Shown here: in pieces, positions 57,001-64,000 of the stretch
Layout of the letters: each line of letters starts with the position of its first letter
Numbering within the stretch: position 1 is the stretch's first letter
DNA from: a virus
Taxonomy: Duplodnaviria; Caudoviricetes
Virus record (IMG/VR): IMGVR_UViG_3300028833_000077
Reading direction: 5' to 3' (one strand)
DNA: 64,000 bases
Notes under the pieces: generated by a model
Told to the model about the DNA's origin: nothing
The model's input: only the letters and a program-made list of their open reading frames with translations
The model's database searches: none
Translations under genes and position numbers: made by a program

Positions 57001-58094
57001 CCCAGAAGCAGCTGTTGGCAGATCATTTGTCAGATGCCCTAAATGGTTATTACACTGTATACACTTCTGCTGGGCCCCTTATATATGATTCTAAAGGACA
57101 AGAGCTATTCATGCTAGATAGTGCAAAAGGCCAACAACTTAGAGGTGAACTTAAGGGTAGGGTAATGAATTATCTCCAAATGAACCTGAAGAGCATGATG
57201 GCAGCAGCCCAAAAGAAAGATGACGTTGTAGAAAAGTCCCCTGTGGCTGAATACATGGATAAGGTGGCAGAAGTACTAAAAGAGAAGAGGTTTGGCGGCA
57301 GTAAGACCCTGACCAATAAAGTTGTTGACACTATCGTAGAAGGCCTTGAAGCTATTGATCCTAGTCTTCCGACAAAGGATATTGATGCTGCTATTGATAA
57401 GGTATTTACAGAAGCAGGTTTTGGTAAGCTCTGGAACAATTTCGACCTGTATAACAATTCGATTAATAGGGTTGGTTTAAGAACTGCCATATACCAAAAC
57501 AGAAAGCCTGTTCAAAATGTTGCTGCAACTACTATATCTATCCCTGGTATGGAGGGCAACATAGAGGTCAATGCGGTTGAAGTGGAACGAGGCAACATAA
57601 AAGAAGGAGACCGCATTGCATTTACAGGTCCTGAGGGAGGCATTGTAGCTTCAGGCATTGTCTCTACAGTTGTAGGAAATGATATAGTCATAGATTCCAG
57701 CTATGTTTTGCCTGATGGTGTACACTACTATAAAGTACTCGACAATGTTATGCCTGGGGTTACTCCTGATGGGGCTCCTCAACGTAAGCAGGCTACTAAA
57801 TCTGATGGTGACGAGGGTAAAGGAAGGTTCTTTAAAGATGTTTCCTTGGAGAGTCTTAAGGGAATGAAGGAGTCAGATTCCTTGCTTGGGGTTATTGCGA
57901 AAGGATTGAATGATAGAATTTTAAAAGTTCGCACGATATCTATATTTAATGCTCTCAAACAAATAGATGAGAATTTTGGCATTCAAATGTCTGAGACAGA
58001 CTTAAAGAAAAAAGTTAAGGGTCTTTTAGGCATGAAGAAAGGATGGAATGAAAAACTTAACGAGTTGGTTCAGGTACTTAGTAAATGTCCCTAA
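51006..58094 (+). CDS. Giant putative cargo/internal virion protein (2362 aa)
   Basis: RAENQPW..KI.NG, hydrophobic G/A helices, EGAIEA, EG.EE..Q, long coiled coils; no DxDxD RNAP motif seen. Confidence 0.6.
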   Translation: MATKAKDITETGKFTARDLQKMNQFNLEGIDPSLIAKESDINERLAKENRIGPAQGIEDYYNRVGTVGDYLESSSLISQKTRTGDQDYWGRSSFDEGIVVGEQDWNRLGDIRAENQPWYSKIANGVGKAGVLAATTALETAGLLYGLGQGIADASDAEEGEGWHAFLHGLWDNPITNALQKINDASEDFMPNYYTQREQEGAFDFNANFLGDKLIKNLGFMVGAFYGGIPASSAIGKFGQAAVKGAREAQMATRQGMASRLWELRGQAARTGDNLDDLLTKAKLTEAERGAVLKEGLDKINDITKATRATTMTVGAVGSAINEGAIEALNNSKDWAEGRIRKANDEYTDSLRELDQSFAALNDEGVDDFTRSVAQAEYDRKKQELDQKHQMELEAIEKGRATMGNIDLLQNLPILIASNAYELGRLYTRGFDSTRRELGSLWNGHKLSGNLADGSLKSDKTWKGAVRTSLLKSNAEGMEELTQRMASEGSGHAVDAAIDRYLQSGKSEDSKVNVDDFMAGMSKSIAENLQDSQAWEEYMIGAVSSMVGMPVFGSQTKNAYLGKGKPVGLAGGLIGNYQDYMDMGKKEHDIAEYLNNRVKDPKFKALYDYLRKNDDYDKALRVALENKDKDFYKDLDAEKLFADINAAASAGHLEEFKQLVGYNKDYSDDELKDIVKLTSRTVTADDQRKQDGARKSELEGILQDWRDTNLENQDEVEDKLNQVTSQIGEIHEKLSQNPDPDTIYTLNEDLARLRTKQNGLLREKQQIMDRNQKVEQTNQQKQAIQKELDDVNKRLQDDESGAKKYEDRQEGPFIDINGQMDVTNPDKMREVLNRNRENMLRGIDDYLKIRNDIDIETDGKLTDDQINFLSNLRFKILDWEHRSDDMAEDLVNTLVPVQPLMDKIKAVTEAELKKAEEALKKAEESLKTASDKPGAEKKVATAKKNLQDAKLASKINNNLVSLFELITGEQDATRKEQKALDRGYGRNAEGKTYTDQREGKRGINSEEAQGILANPLNTKTLKAAIRALGLESAITDRLVSNVDGLHRIASLKKEYNQTVREYLGDPTLINKAFAQSEDRLNQKELDNKAKDLALRIQGVNNMTELNQVLKESNAISQRVTQAALQKAKQEGSEDIKNLISDFEKGSQFFQEFQEQASQLSPDLNAAVSSSAVTSWEEALMDNLDVYNRFVEHMKESADLLENSGNKKAAEALRKILEDLGSARKESATNSHVKNPSKNTEEPEEKKSKKSGKKGPGGSFMNAMNEEKEEEKKEKQQVSPEAQPYIDRMNHSNNSEELDNIFSEGLKAGVPEKELFPIYSKRQAEIHSKNMPADFDSLKSSIVRELQDNGLKKTTIASLSKSLRDRIDAWHSDPAHEKVTDTLIREWVQKVQDDFWEDRFFERTVDDVEEDYEEWKENRGDEMSQETQGNFKSGYQSEFYFYDGSNHPLDYAVPYPGEDDQHKRVRKILKDFLAYQFVDTNWLGYAMKAYPDENIPVHFLKTTERGVNVPNRPITFMAIELTPAVRRSIQKWAYNETKGKAKADISEGIHPVEIGGKQYQIIGVLSINSDDAVSPEVADAFDSLQKQLHDSLQPKITEEREKAKKEGREPEPFVMDESLSSEITKVFTGRLEKYNDADDAGDKVSLFTFMTSQQDGREDRKTSLEWRNGIPFRFGVIVNKELKTSHIEADEVVEAPNEAWCHKKGNNGAILLFVPRADGHLYPLRCTRRSVEAWLDSDDIDGVHTGESLIKDLLDPDSPTKNAYLERIIELIKILTDDSDAYSFNERLDAKYRLAKFFTFGRKNPIQIDVSTMEVMLQLEEEEPIALNKDNLIDNVMLFFNTIRNKERIRFTLPTPTSETTSGSNPDSNLDSRDVIMSGVFEIGLRGFYNFNANVIVKPINGNGVEVKIKTAPEEGRGFTLNQDRGEDRSYTVNGVKKDFHISYEEGVAKITYKDGTEPSNEEQNMVLALENLGEENNKETIMNFVNSIKKELGAGWNTAQKQLLADHLSDALNGYYTVYTSAGPLIYDSKGQELFMLDSAKGQQLRGELKGRVMNYLQMNLKSMMAAAQKKDDVVEKSPVAEYMDKVAEVLKEKRFGGSKTLTNKVVDTIVEGLEAIDPSLPTKDIDAAIDKVFTEAGFGKLWNNFDLYNNSINRVGLRTAIYQNRKPVQNVAATTISIPGMEGNIEVNAVEVERGNIKEGDRIAFTGPEGGIVASGIVSTVVGNDIVIDSSYVLPDGVHYYKVLDNVMPGVTPDGAPQRKQATKSDGDEGKGRFFKDVSLESLKGMKESDSLLGVIAKGLNDRILKVRTISIFNALKQIDENFGIQMSETDLKKKVKGLLGMKKGWNEKLNELVQVLSKCP

Positions 58095-58097
58095 TGT

Positions 58098-58137
58098 AAA
58101 AATAAAGGGGAGGCCTAAATGACCTCCCTTATTTCTT
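58098..58137. terminator. Bidirectional terminator between convergent genes
   Basis: AATAAAGGGGAGG / CCTCCCTTATT inverted repeat with A and T flanks. Confidence 0.7.
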
Positions 58138-58975
58138 TCTCTCTATGATAGGCATTGTTGAAGAGTTCCTTGAACTGGTCTTTGCTTTTCGATGCTGCCA
58201 TCAAGGCTGTAACTCCTACAATCTGATTCTTCAAGTGCTGTCTTCCTACTTCTGGAGTAAGTGACTGGTGCAGTTTATGCTTCCAATTACCTCCTTCAGT
58301 CTTGCCTGTCTTCTCCTTAAGAGCTTCCAGAACACCTTCAGGCAGGGCCTTGTATACATATAGGTTGGTAAGCATTCCTACCAGCATGGGCTTGGTACTC
58401 TTTGTGGAGTCATAGTCCAGTCCCCATAGCCTGAACATTTCTTGATAGAAATCATTGCTGAAGGTCAACTGCCACTTGGCTACTTCATCAGAGACATAGG
58501 CTGCCAGTATCTTCTGAAGCTCAGTGCTCTCTCGCATTGCCTGATAGCCAGTAGCTTCGTCTACCAGAGCTGTTATGCCCACTCTGGCAAATGACCTCAT
58601 CAGTATTTCACATTGGTCAGCTACAATCATTTGTCTTTTAGTCAATTTGACTTCCCTTCTTGCTTCTAGGAGTAAGTCACATATATCTGCAAGTAAGTCT
58701 GCTTTATAGGCACTTATTCTTTTATCGCCATCATAACAGCTGATTGGAGAAAAATGGGCGCATCCTAAGTTGTTGGCAATGAATGGTTTAAGCCTGTCAT
58801 TAGATAGAAATCTATCAATTTTTGTGCCGGTCCTTTCATTTTCAGTAATTCGGAGTCCCATCTGCATTCCTCTACTAGACAATACTCTGGTACCGTCTTC
58901 AAGAACATAACAAGGAATGGTTGTTCCTGCAAGGTTCAGTTCACCCTTGCATTTTACTTGATTTGATTTACACAT
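58115..58975 (-). CDS. P63C-domain protein (antirepressor-like regulator)
   Basis: IPCYVLEDGTRVLS, GITALVDEATGYQ, KWQLTF..DFY.E.FRL.G, HKLHQ.LT. Confidence 0.85.
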   Translation of the reverse strand: MCKSNQVKCKGELNLAGTTIPCYVLEDGTRVLSSRGMQMGLRITENERTGTKIDRFLSNDRLKPFIANNLGCAHFSPISCYDGDKRISAYKADLLADICDLLLEARREVKLTKRQMIVADQCEILMRSFARVGITALVDEATGYQAMRESTELQKILAAYVSDEVAKWQLTFSNDFYQEMFRLWGLDYDSTKSTKPMLVGMLTNLYVYKALPEGVLEALKEKTGKTEGGNWKHKLHQSLTPEVGRQHLKNQIVGVTALMAASKSKDQFKELFNNAYHREKEIREVI

Positions 58976-59017
58976 ATTATTAGAATTTATTTATTGATTG
59001 GTATTTAATTATCAACA

Positions 59018-59306
59018 AGACATAGTACGTCCCTAAGAGAATCCTCTGGCTCATTATCCTGAAACTTCCACTGCCCGGTCAATATTCAGCTAACTCGTAG
59101 CTTTTCAGCGCTTGCCCCTAACCCCCGTTTACCCTGTACCTTTCATTTCAACATAGTTTGGTGGGGAACAGTTTTATATTCAGAAAGTTTGTGACCTATC
59201 GGGGCTTGAGCTTTCTATCTCAGGACTATGTGCTGTCCCTACAACCCGACTTCTGAGCCTCTATATATCCACTGGACCTTACTAGGCTGTTCATGGGACT
59301 ATGTCT
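59018..59306 (-). ncRNA. Putative ~290-nt structured RNA in the 5' leader of the P63C gene
   Basis: Ends pair (AGACATAGT..CCC with GGGACTATGTCT); GC-richer than flanks; no long ORF; several small hairpins. Confidence 0.4.
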
Positions 59307-59341
59307 CCCAAGGGTCTAAAGTAACTGGTATAAAAACCAGT

Positions 59342-59476
59342 AAACGAAAAAATTGCAGTCCTAATGTGACGAACAGACTGCAATTATTCCCATTTACTGG
59401 TATAGTTGTCAGGATTTCTCCTGTCAATTTCGGTATGTCTTTGCAGTTATCGTCACTTAACTACGGTGCAAAGGTA
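59342..59476 (-). promoter_or_regulatory. Promoter (TACCTTTG, 59476-59469) plus terminator/antiterminator leader
   Basis: 10-bp stem 59351-59360/59376-59385 with U-tail on minus; 5' leader 59441-59456 complementary to 59366-59383; GAAA-loop hairpin 59404-59429. Confidence 0.6.
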
Positions 59477-59564
59477 CACATTTATATTGAATTGATAGTC
59501 ATTTCGTTAGTTAATAATCATTAAAGTAATGTTCTAAGTCATATTAATATATAGTGGCTGGTAT

Positions 59565-59598
59565 AAAATAAAGAGGACACACTTAATAGTATGCCCTC
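59565..59598 (-). terminator. Terminator after the giant minus-strand gene
   Basis: On minus: GAGGGCATACT-ATTA-AGTGTGTCCTC-TTTATTTT. Confidence 0.7.
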
Positions 59599-59633
59599 CA
59601 ATTCACATTAACACAACTTAAAGCTGTATGGGT

Positions 59634-62600
59634 TTAGTCATCTTTTTCAAACATTGAGAACATGGAGTCATCAAAGTCGATGGCTTTATATATCTGAGGT
59701 AGATATGGAGTTGCTTGGAATGCATCTCTTGAGTACTCTGACCATCCTTGGTACCGCCCTGTCTGCACCTCATCGAATATATTATATATTTCTACCATTT
59801 TTCTCATCCTATCAAACGTGGATACCGCTGCAGCAGGCTGCTGCATAAGAGTGATCAGATTCTTGAAAAACATTGGGCCTGGTACTGATGCCCCTACCTC
59901 AAGGTACATTCTTCTTATTTGATAAAGAGCCATCTTATTGAGCCAGCTCCTGTCATAGTCCTTAACCTTTCCGCCAAGTCTTACAAGGGTAAGCAACATC
60001 ATAAAGAGGGATACCTCTGCACATGCTCTTCTGATGTTTGCCAGTTCATGGGGTCCTAGCTTTCCTTCAATATAAGCCTTGTTGAATTCTGCCTGTCCCT
60101 TAATAATGTCCTTAGAGAGCTGTTGCATGAACTTGTATACAGTTACATAATATCCTTCCCTCCACTGTTCAAGGTCAGCATCATAGTGGGCTCCTGCAAA
60201 TCTTCTCATATAATGGGCAGGCATCCACTGACGGAACTGCATGATAAGTCTGCCCCAGGCTTTCTTATGTATTGCACCTTTGTCATTAACTCCAAAGGCA
60301 CCATTCAAAGAATCATTGACTTTACGGATAACTTTCTTCTTTTTGAATATGTATCTTTGGGTAGCATTGTCACTAAGATTCTTCAACGCTACTGTCTCCT
60401 TCTTAATCCTGCCATTTTCATCTCTTACAGGCTTGCCGTAGTTTGGGTTCTTGCTGAATACCCGCCCTTTATCGTCCTTGTAAGTACCTCCTGAAAGGTC
60501 TATCACATCCTTTTCATAGGCAAGATTCTCCTCTAACTCCAATTTATATATGCCTCTATCATCTTTTACCACCTTAAGAGCATCGTAAAGACTGATTTTT
60601 TCTCCTGCCTTATGCCCATTGGTGTCTTTCGTATACACAAGTTTGGTTGCATTCAGGATGGCCAGCATGGTCTGGCAATGGAGGATATGCTCTCCTGCAT
60701 TCATTCCAATGAACCCTAGAGCATTGTTACCTAGTATTCTTGATAATATATGCTGACTGTGGTGGGTATCCCTCAGACTGTCATAGTAGTCTCCCATAGG
60801 ATCGAACATTTGTATAAGCAGGCTGAGTTTGTTTTTCTTGACGGGTTCTGCTATTTCAGCCATACATCCTGGAAGCAAAGCACCGTATTGCCTTACAGCC
60901 TTTGCATAATCTTGAGCACCGAAGTACTCCCCGCCTGCCGCTTCTATCCACTGTTGTATCTTACCTACAGCTACATTGGATAGAGTAGAGAATAGGTTGA
61001 GGCCAAGCCCAAGAAGGCCTGTATAGTCTTTAATGGCATCAAGGGTCTTGGCATAGTCAATATTGACACCGAAGGCCTCCAGTCCTCCCATATCCTCCTT
61101 CCTTTCTTCATAGATGACTGAATCCACGTAGTCATCTAGTCTGTCTATGGTATTTGTTCCATTGCCTGCTCTTTCCACAAATCCCTTATATATTCTGTCA
61201 AATGCTTGGAATCTAGAATATAGTGGGCCATTTCCCTTATTTTCCCAGAAAGTTCTCTGATCCCTTACATAATCCCTTCCTACTTCAATAATGTCTACTA
61301 CCTCATTCATCTTCTCATAGTTGACAGCCATGGCACTATATGCAGTCATGCATCCTGAGAAGTCGGTTGACAGCATCTTCATATCCTTAAGTCTACGAGT
61401 GTAATAGATGGGCAGTTTCTGTATCCTATGATGGGCGAAGTCTGTATCCACTAAATAGAAGTTCTCCGAAGAGATTCTGCTCAATATTTCTTTGGCACAG
61501 TCTGATGCTACACTACTGAATTTCTCATTACTACTCTTGGCATTCCTCTTGAACAGCTTAATAACCCTTCTGATGTCTCTTGGGTTGATGACAGAATGTA
61601 TATCTTCATCAGTGGCATCTGCCAATGTATTGATAATCTCAACTGCGGCCTTCTGCTCGTTTTCCTCCCTAAGTATAATCTCTTCTATAGTCTTTTGGAA
61701 GTCTTCATTTGTTCCGAATCCTATATCATCAGGCCTTCTACTGAATTTACGAACAAACTGTTCCTTGGTGGCCTTTGCTATGTTCCCAGTGGAATTATCC
61801 AATATACCCTCCACAAAATCCTTGCTGATGTAGATGGCCCTGTATATAGCCTGCCCTCTATGGGGAATCTTACACATCATTTCCTTTTTCAGCTCTATCA
61901 TGGCATTATAGTAGTCCCTTTGTGCAGGAGCAAGCCTTTCTATACGATCAGCATATTTGGAGTATACTGCAGGGTTTGGAACCATTTCATATACAGCCTC
62001 TGGGTATTTCCTCATTGTCTTGCTTAAGTCATTCTTATGGGAGTTGTAATAATCCTCTACTTCCTTATTGATAAAGATTGGTATAAGTCTCTTGTTCCCT
62101 TCCTTATCTATTTTATTCTTCCACTTTTGCAGAGCGGCCCTGTACTTCTCTCCTGTTATTCCTGCATCTCTCAGTTCCTGCTGTTTTGCATACAGTTCTT
62201 GGTTATATGTCTCCCAGTCATAGATACTGATGATTCTTCCTGTGGGAACTTCCTCACTGTCTTTTTCCAACATAAAGTCTGAAGAGAATCCTGCCCTTCT
62301 CAGCTTGTCGTCCTCCATAGAAATCCTTGCATTGATGTCAATCATCTCCATATCCCTGTGATACTGTTGGTTTTTGACAATGGCATCAAACAATGTCAAT
62401 AGTGAGTCGTCTGCATCACTGAGAGCAGACAGCCATCTGTCAACAAGGTTGATATCCTTTTCAGCATGCTCTAGAATCTCTTTAAGAGACATGACTTCAT
62501 TTCTCCTTGAGCCTATTCCACGAACAGTATCCTCTGCATAGACAGTCCTTGATACAGCATAAAGAATATTAAAAGCAGAATCATGGGCGAATTTATTTAG

Positions 62601-63998
62601 CTTGTTTGCCAAGTCTCTGCTTATTTTTGCTTCATCTGCAAGATCTTTTGCAAATTCAGGATCCATGCCAGCAGGCAGATTCTCAGGATCATCGAATGTT
62701 GCAATCTCATCCAACAGTTCTGCATATCCTTCTGTTGCCTCAGTGATGCTTCTGCAGCATTTGGCAATTTCCCTAGCTGTTCTTATCTGGTCAAGACCAT
62801 TCACTTTATCCACCTCTTCTAACTCCTGGGTTCTAGTAGCCAGTTTAACGAACCTTACCTGACAATCCTTTATGAACATCATGATGCTGCTTGCTTGGTC
62901 AGCAATGCTCTCACTCTCTGCAGCATTCCTAATGTCTATATGGCTTTTCGCAGAGTCTGTGGATACTCTGCCTGTCATGGAAGACTGCCTCTCTGACTTG
63001 ATCATTCCTGCATTGAGTGTCAAGGCAGCATTGGCCAGTTTTTCTACGGTGTTGAACTCCTCCTTTATCTTGTAAAGGGTCTTTGCATTGATAATGCTGT
63101 TCTTGTCTACAAGCCTGACTACCTCTCCTGATACTATCATATTATAGATTCCTGCAATGGAATCGTGGGCACGTTCTTGAGCATCCCTATACTTCTTGTT
63201 TGTAATCTGAGAGAAGAATTCCTTAGCCCAATTCCACAGCCTCTGTAGTAGGGTCTGCCCTTTCTGCATAGTTTCAGGCTTTATGGTGCCCTTATTGGTA
63301 ATAAACTGTGCAAGCATTTGTCCTGCGGCTTCCTTCTTAAGCCTCATGGTGTCCCCATTATACTCATTGTAGTAATCTTCATACTTGCCCCCAAGTACTT
63401 CGTGCAGAACATCTTCATCAATAGTTCTAAGGAGTCTCTGTACTAATGGGTTTGTTATTAGCCCCTCTATAATGAGGTGACTGAACTCTTCAGGAAGGGC
63501 CTCTTCGCCAAGCTCTCCTTTTGCGATTTGTATAATCTGCAGCAGACCGTCTGAGAATGTTGCTTCTTCTGGGGCAAACATGCCAGCAAACTTAGGATCA
63601 TTGATGAAGCTTATGTCGAACCCCATAGACCTCAGTAGATTGAGCAGCTGATTATTTAGGGCATTATTAAATGATTGTTGCCTTGCAGCTTCAATGTTTG
63701 GGGCCGTCCTGTTCAACACTTTGATGGTATGCCCGTCTCCTGCCCTTTCCATGATTGCAACATAGTTTTCCTCTTTGGAGTTGAAATCATTGATTTTCTG
63801 GACAGCCTCTTGTTTAGAGAAAGTCTGTCCTTTGAAACCATAGTCTCTTGCTGCCTCTTCAGCACCCTTCTGGTGTTCATATGCATCCTCCAATCCAAGA
63901 GCCTTGATGAGAGAGGGGAAAGTCACTTCCCCTAACTCATCATACTCTACAGTACCTCCGTAGTCCCTCTTGAACTCGGAGGTCTTTGTATAGGCCCA
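59634..63998 (-). CDS. Giant crAss-like protein, 5' truncated by window edge (large polyvalent/cargo type, degenerate zincin motif)
   Basis: Frame stays open to the window end (WAYTKTSEFKRDYGG..YDELGEV); ALPEEFSH where HExxH is expected; GRL.MQFRQWMP..Y.RRF, EGYY.T. Confidence 0.7.
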   Translation of the reverse strand, partial: WAYTKTSEFKRDYGGTVEYDELGEVTFPSLIKALGLEDAYEHQKGAEEAARDYGFKGQTFSKQEAVQKINDFNSKEENYVAIMERAGDGHTIKVLNRTAPNIEAARQQSFNNALNNQLLNLLRSMGFDISFINDPKFAGMFAPEEATFSDGLLQIIQIAKGELGEEALPEEFSHLIIEGLITNPLVQRLLRTIDEDVLHEVLGGKYEDYYNEYNGDTMRLKKEAAGQMLAQFITNKGTIKPETMQKGQTLLQRLWNWAKEFFSQITNKKYRDAQERAHDSIAGIYNMIVSGEVVRLVDKNSIINAKTLYKIKEEFNTVEKLANAALTLNAGMIKSERQSSMTGRVSTDSAKSHIDIRNAAESESIADQASSIMMFIKDCQVRFVKLATRTQELEEVDKVNGLDQIRTAREIAKCCRSITEATEGYAELLDEIATFDDPENLPAGMDPEFAKDLADEAKISRDLANKLNKFAHDSAFNILYAVSRTVYAEDTVRGIGSRRNEVMSLKEILEHAEKDINLVDRWLSALSDADDSLLTLFDAIVKNQQYHRDMEMIDINARISMEDDKLRRAGFSSDFMLEKDSEEVPTGRIISIYDWETYNQELYAKQQELRDAGITGEKYRAALQKWKNKIDKEGNKRLIPIFINKEVEDYYNSHKNDLSKTMRKYPEAVYEMVPNPAVYSKYADRIERLAPAQRDYYNAMIELKKEMMCKIPHRGQAIYRAIYISKDFVEGILDNSTGNIAKATKEQFVRKFSRRPDDIGFGTNEDFQKTIEEIILREENEQKAAVEIINTLADATDEDIHSVINPRDIRRVIKLFKRNAKSSNEKFSSVASDCAKEILSRISSENFYLVDTDFAHHRIQKLPIYYTRRLKDMKMLSTDFSGCMTAYSAMAVNYEKMNEVVDIIEVGRDYVRDQRTFWENKGNGPLYSRFQAFDRIYKGFVERAGNGTNTIDRLDDYVDSVIYEERKEDMGGLEAFGVNIDYAKTLDAIKDYTGLLGLGLNLFSTLSNVAVGKIQQWIEAAGGEYFGAQDYAKAVRQYGALLPGCMAEIAEPVKKNKLSLLIQMFDPMGDYYDSLRDTHHSQHILSRILGNNALGFIGMNAGEHILHCQTMLAILNATKLVYTKDTNGHKAGEKISLYDALKVVKDDRGIYKLELEENLAYEKDVIDLSGGTYKDDKGRVFSKNPNYGKPVRDENGRIKKETVALKNLSDNATQRYIFKKKKVIRKVNDSLNGAFGVNDKGAIHKKAWGRLIMQFRQWMPAHYMRRFAGAHYDADLEQWREGYYVTVYKFMQQLSKDIIKGQAEFNKAYIEGKLGPHELANIRRACAEVSLFMMLLTLVRLGGKVKDYDRSWLNKMALYQIRRMYLEVGASVPGPMFFKNLITLMQQPAAAVSTFDRMRKMVEIYNIFDEVQTGRYQGWSEYSRDAFQATPYLPQIYKAIDFDDSMFSMFEKDD

Positions 63999-64000
63999 CA

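Noticed and set aside
51006-58094. Virion RNA polymerase call for the 2362-aa protein
   Set aside because: No DxDxD catalytic motif found by eye; left as a cargo-type protein
59228-59524. 98-aa plus-strand ORF in the P63C leader
   Set aside because: No recognisable motifs; overlaps the minus-strand promoter and paired elements
1-64000. Stop-codon reassignment (TAG or TGA), known in some crAss-like phages
   Set aside because: Genes are full length in the standard code, and TAG and TGA both end genes at sensible positions (e.g. MCP exon 2 and muzzle end in TAG)
6394-64000. Additional DGR variable repeats
   Set aside because: No second copy of the TR 3' end (GTTCGTCCTGTT) or VRPV-type C-terminus noticed; a computed search could still find remote targets
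1-64000. CRISPR array, tRNA or rRNA genes
   Set aside because: No regularly spaced direct repeats or cloverleaf-like sequences seen; repeats at 26380-26840 and 27310-27650 are protein-coding

Overview
This window is the late (virion) region of a large crAss-like (Crassvirales-type) phage with a Bacteroidota host, judged from repeated TAnnTTTG -7 promoter boxes; it reads in standard genetic code. Gene order: portal (3' part); fibre-like genes; a complete diversity-generating retroelement (target with VR, MutS-like accessory gene, TR, RT; 18 of 18 VR/TR mismatches fall on TR adenines); an accessory operon of unknown function interrupted by a free HNH nuclease; terminase large subunit carrying an Ala-start class-3 LAGLIDADG intein; scaffold-like gene; major capsid gene split by an HNH-encoding group I intron whose splice junction is supported by the IGS; ring, auxiliary capsid and fibre genes; IHF-like gene; tail tubular gene; a free GIY-YIG nuclease; a stand-alone PAP2-type phosphatase; a 2320-aa tail stabilization/muzzle protein with a paralogous PAP2 module inserted inside it; large cargo-protein genes; a P63C gene behind a structured attenuator-like leader; and a partial giant minus-strand gene. 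The most unusual observations are the phosphatase-bearing muzzle plus its free paralog, two distinct promoter architectures, and shared docking-like modules that link the DGR target to distant fibre genes. All functional calls come from motif recognition by eye; no database searches were run.
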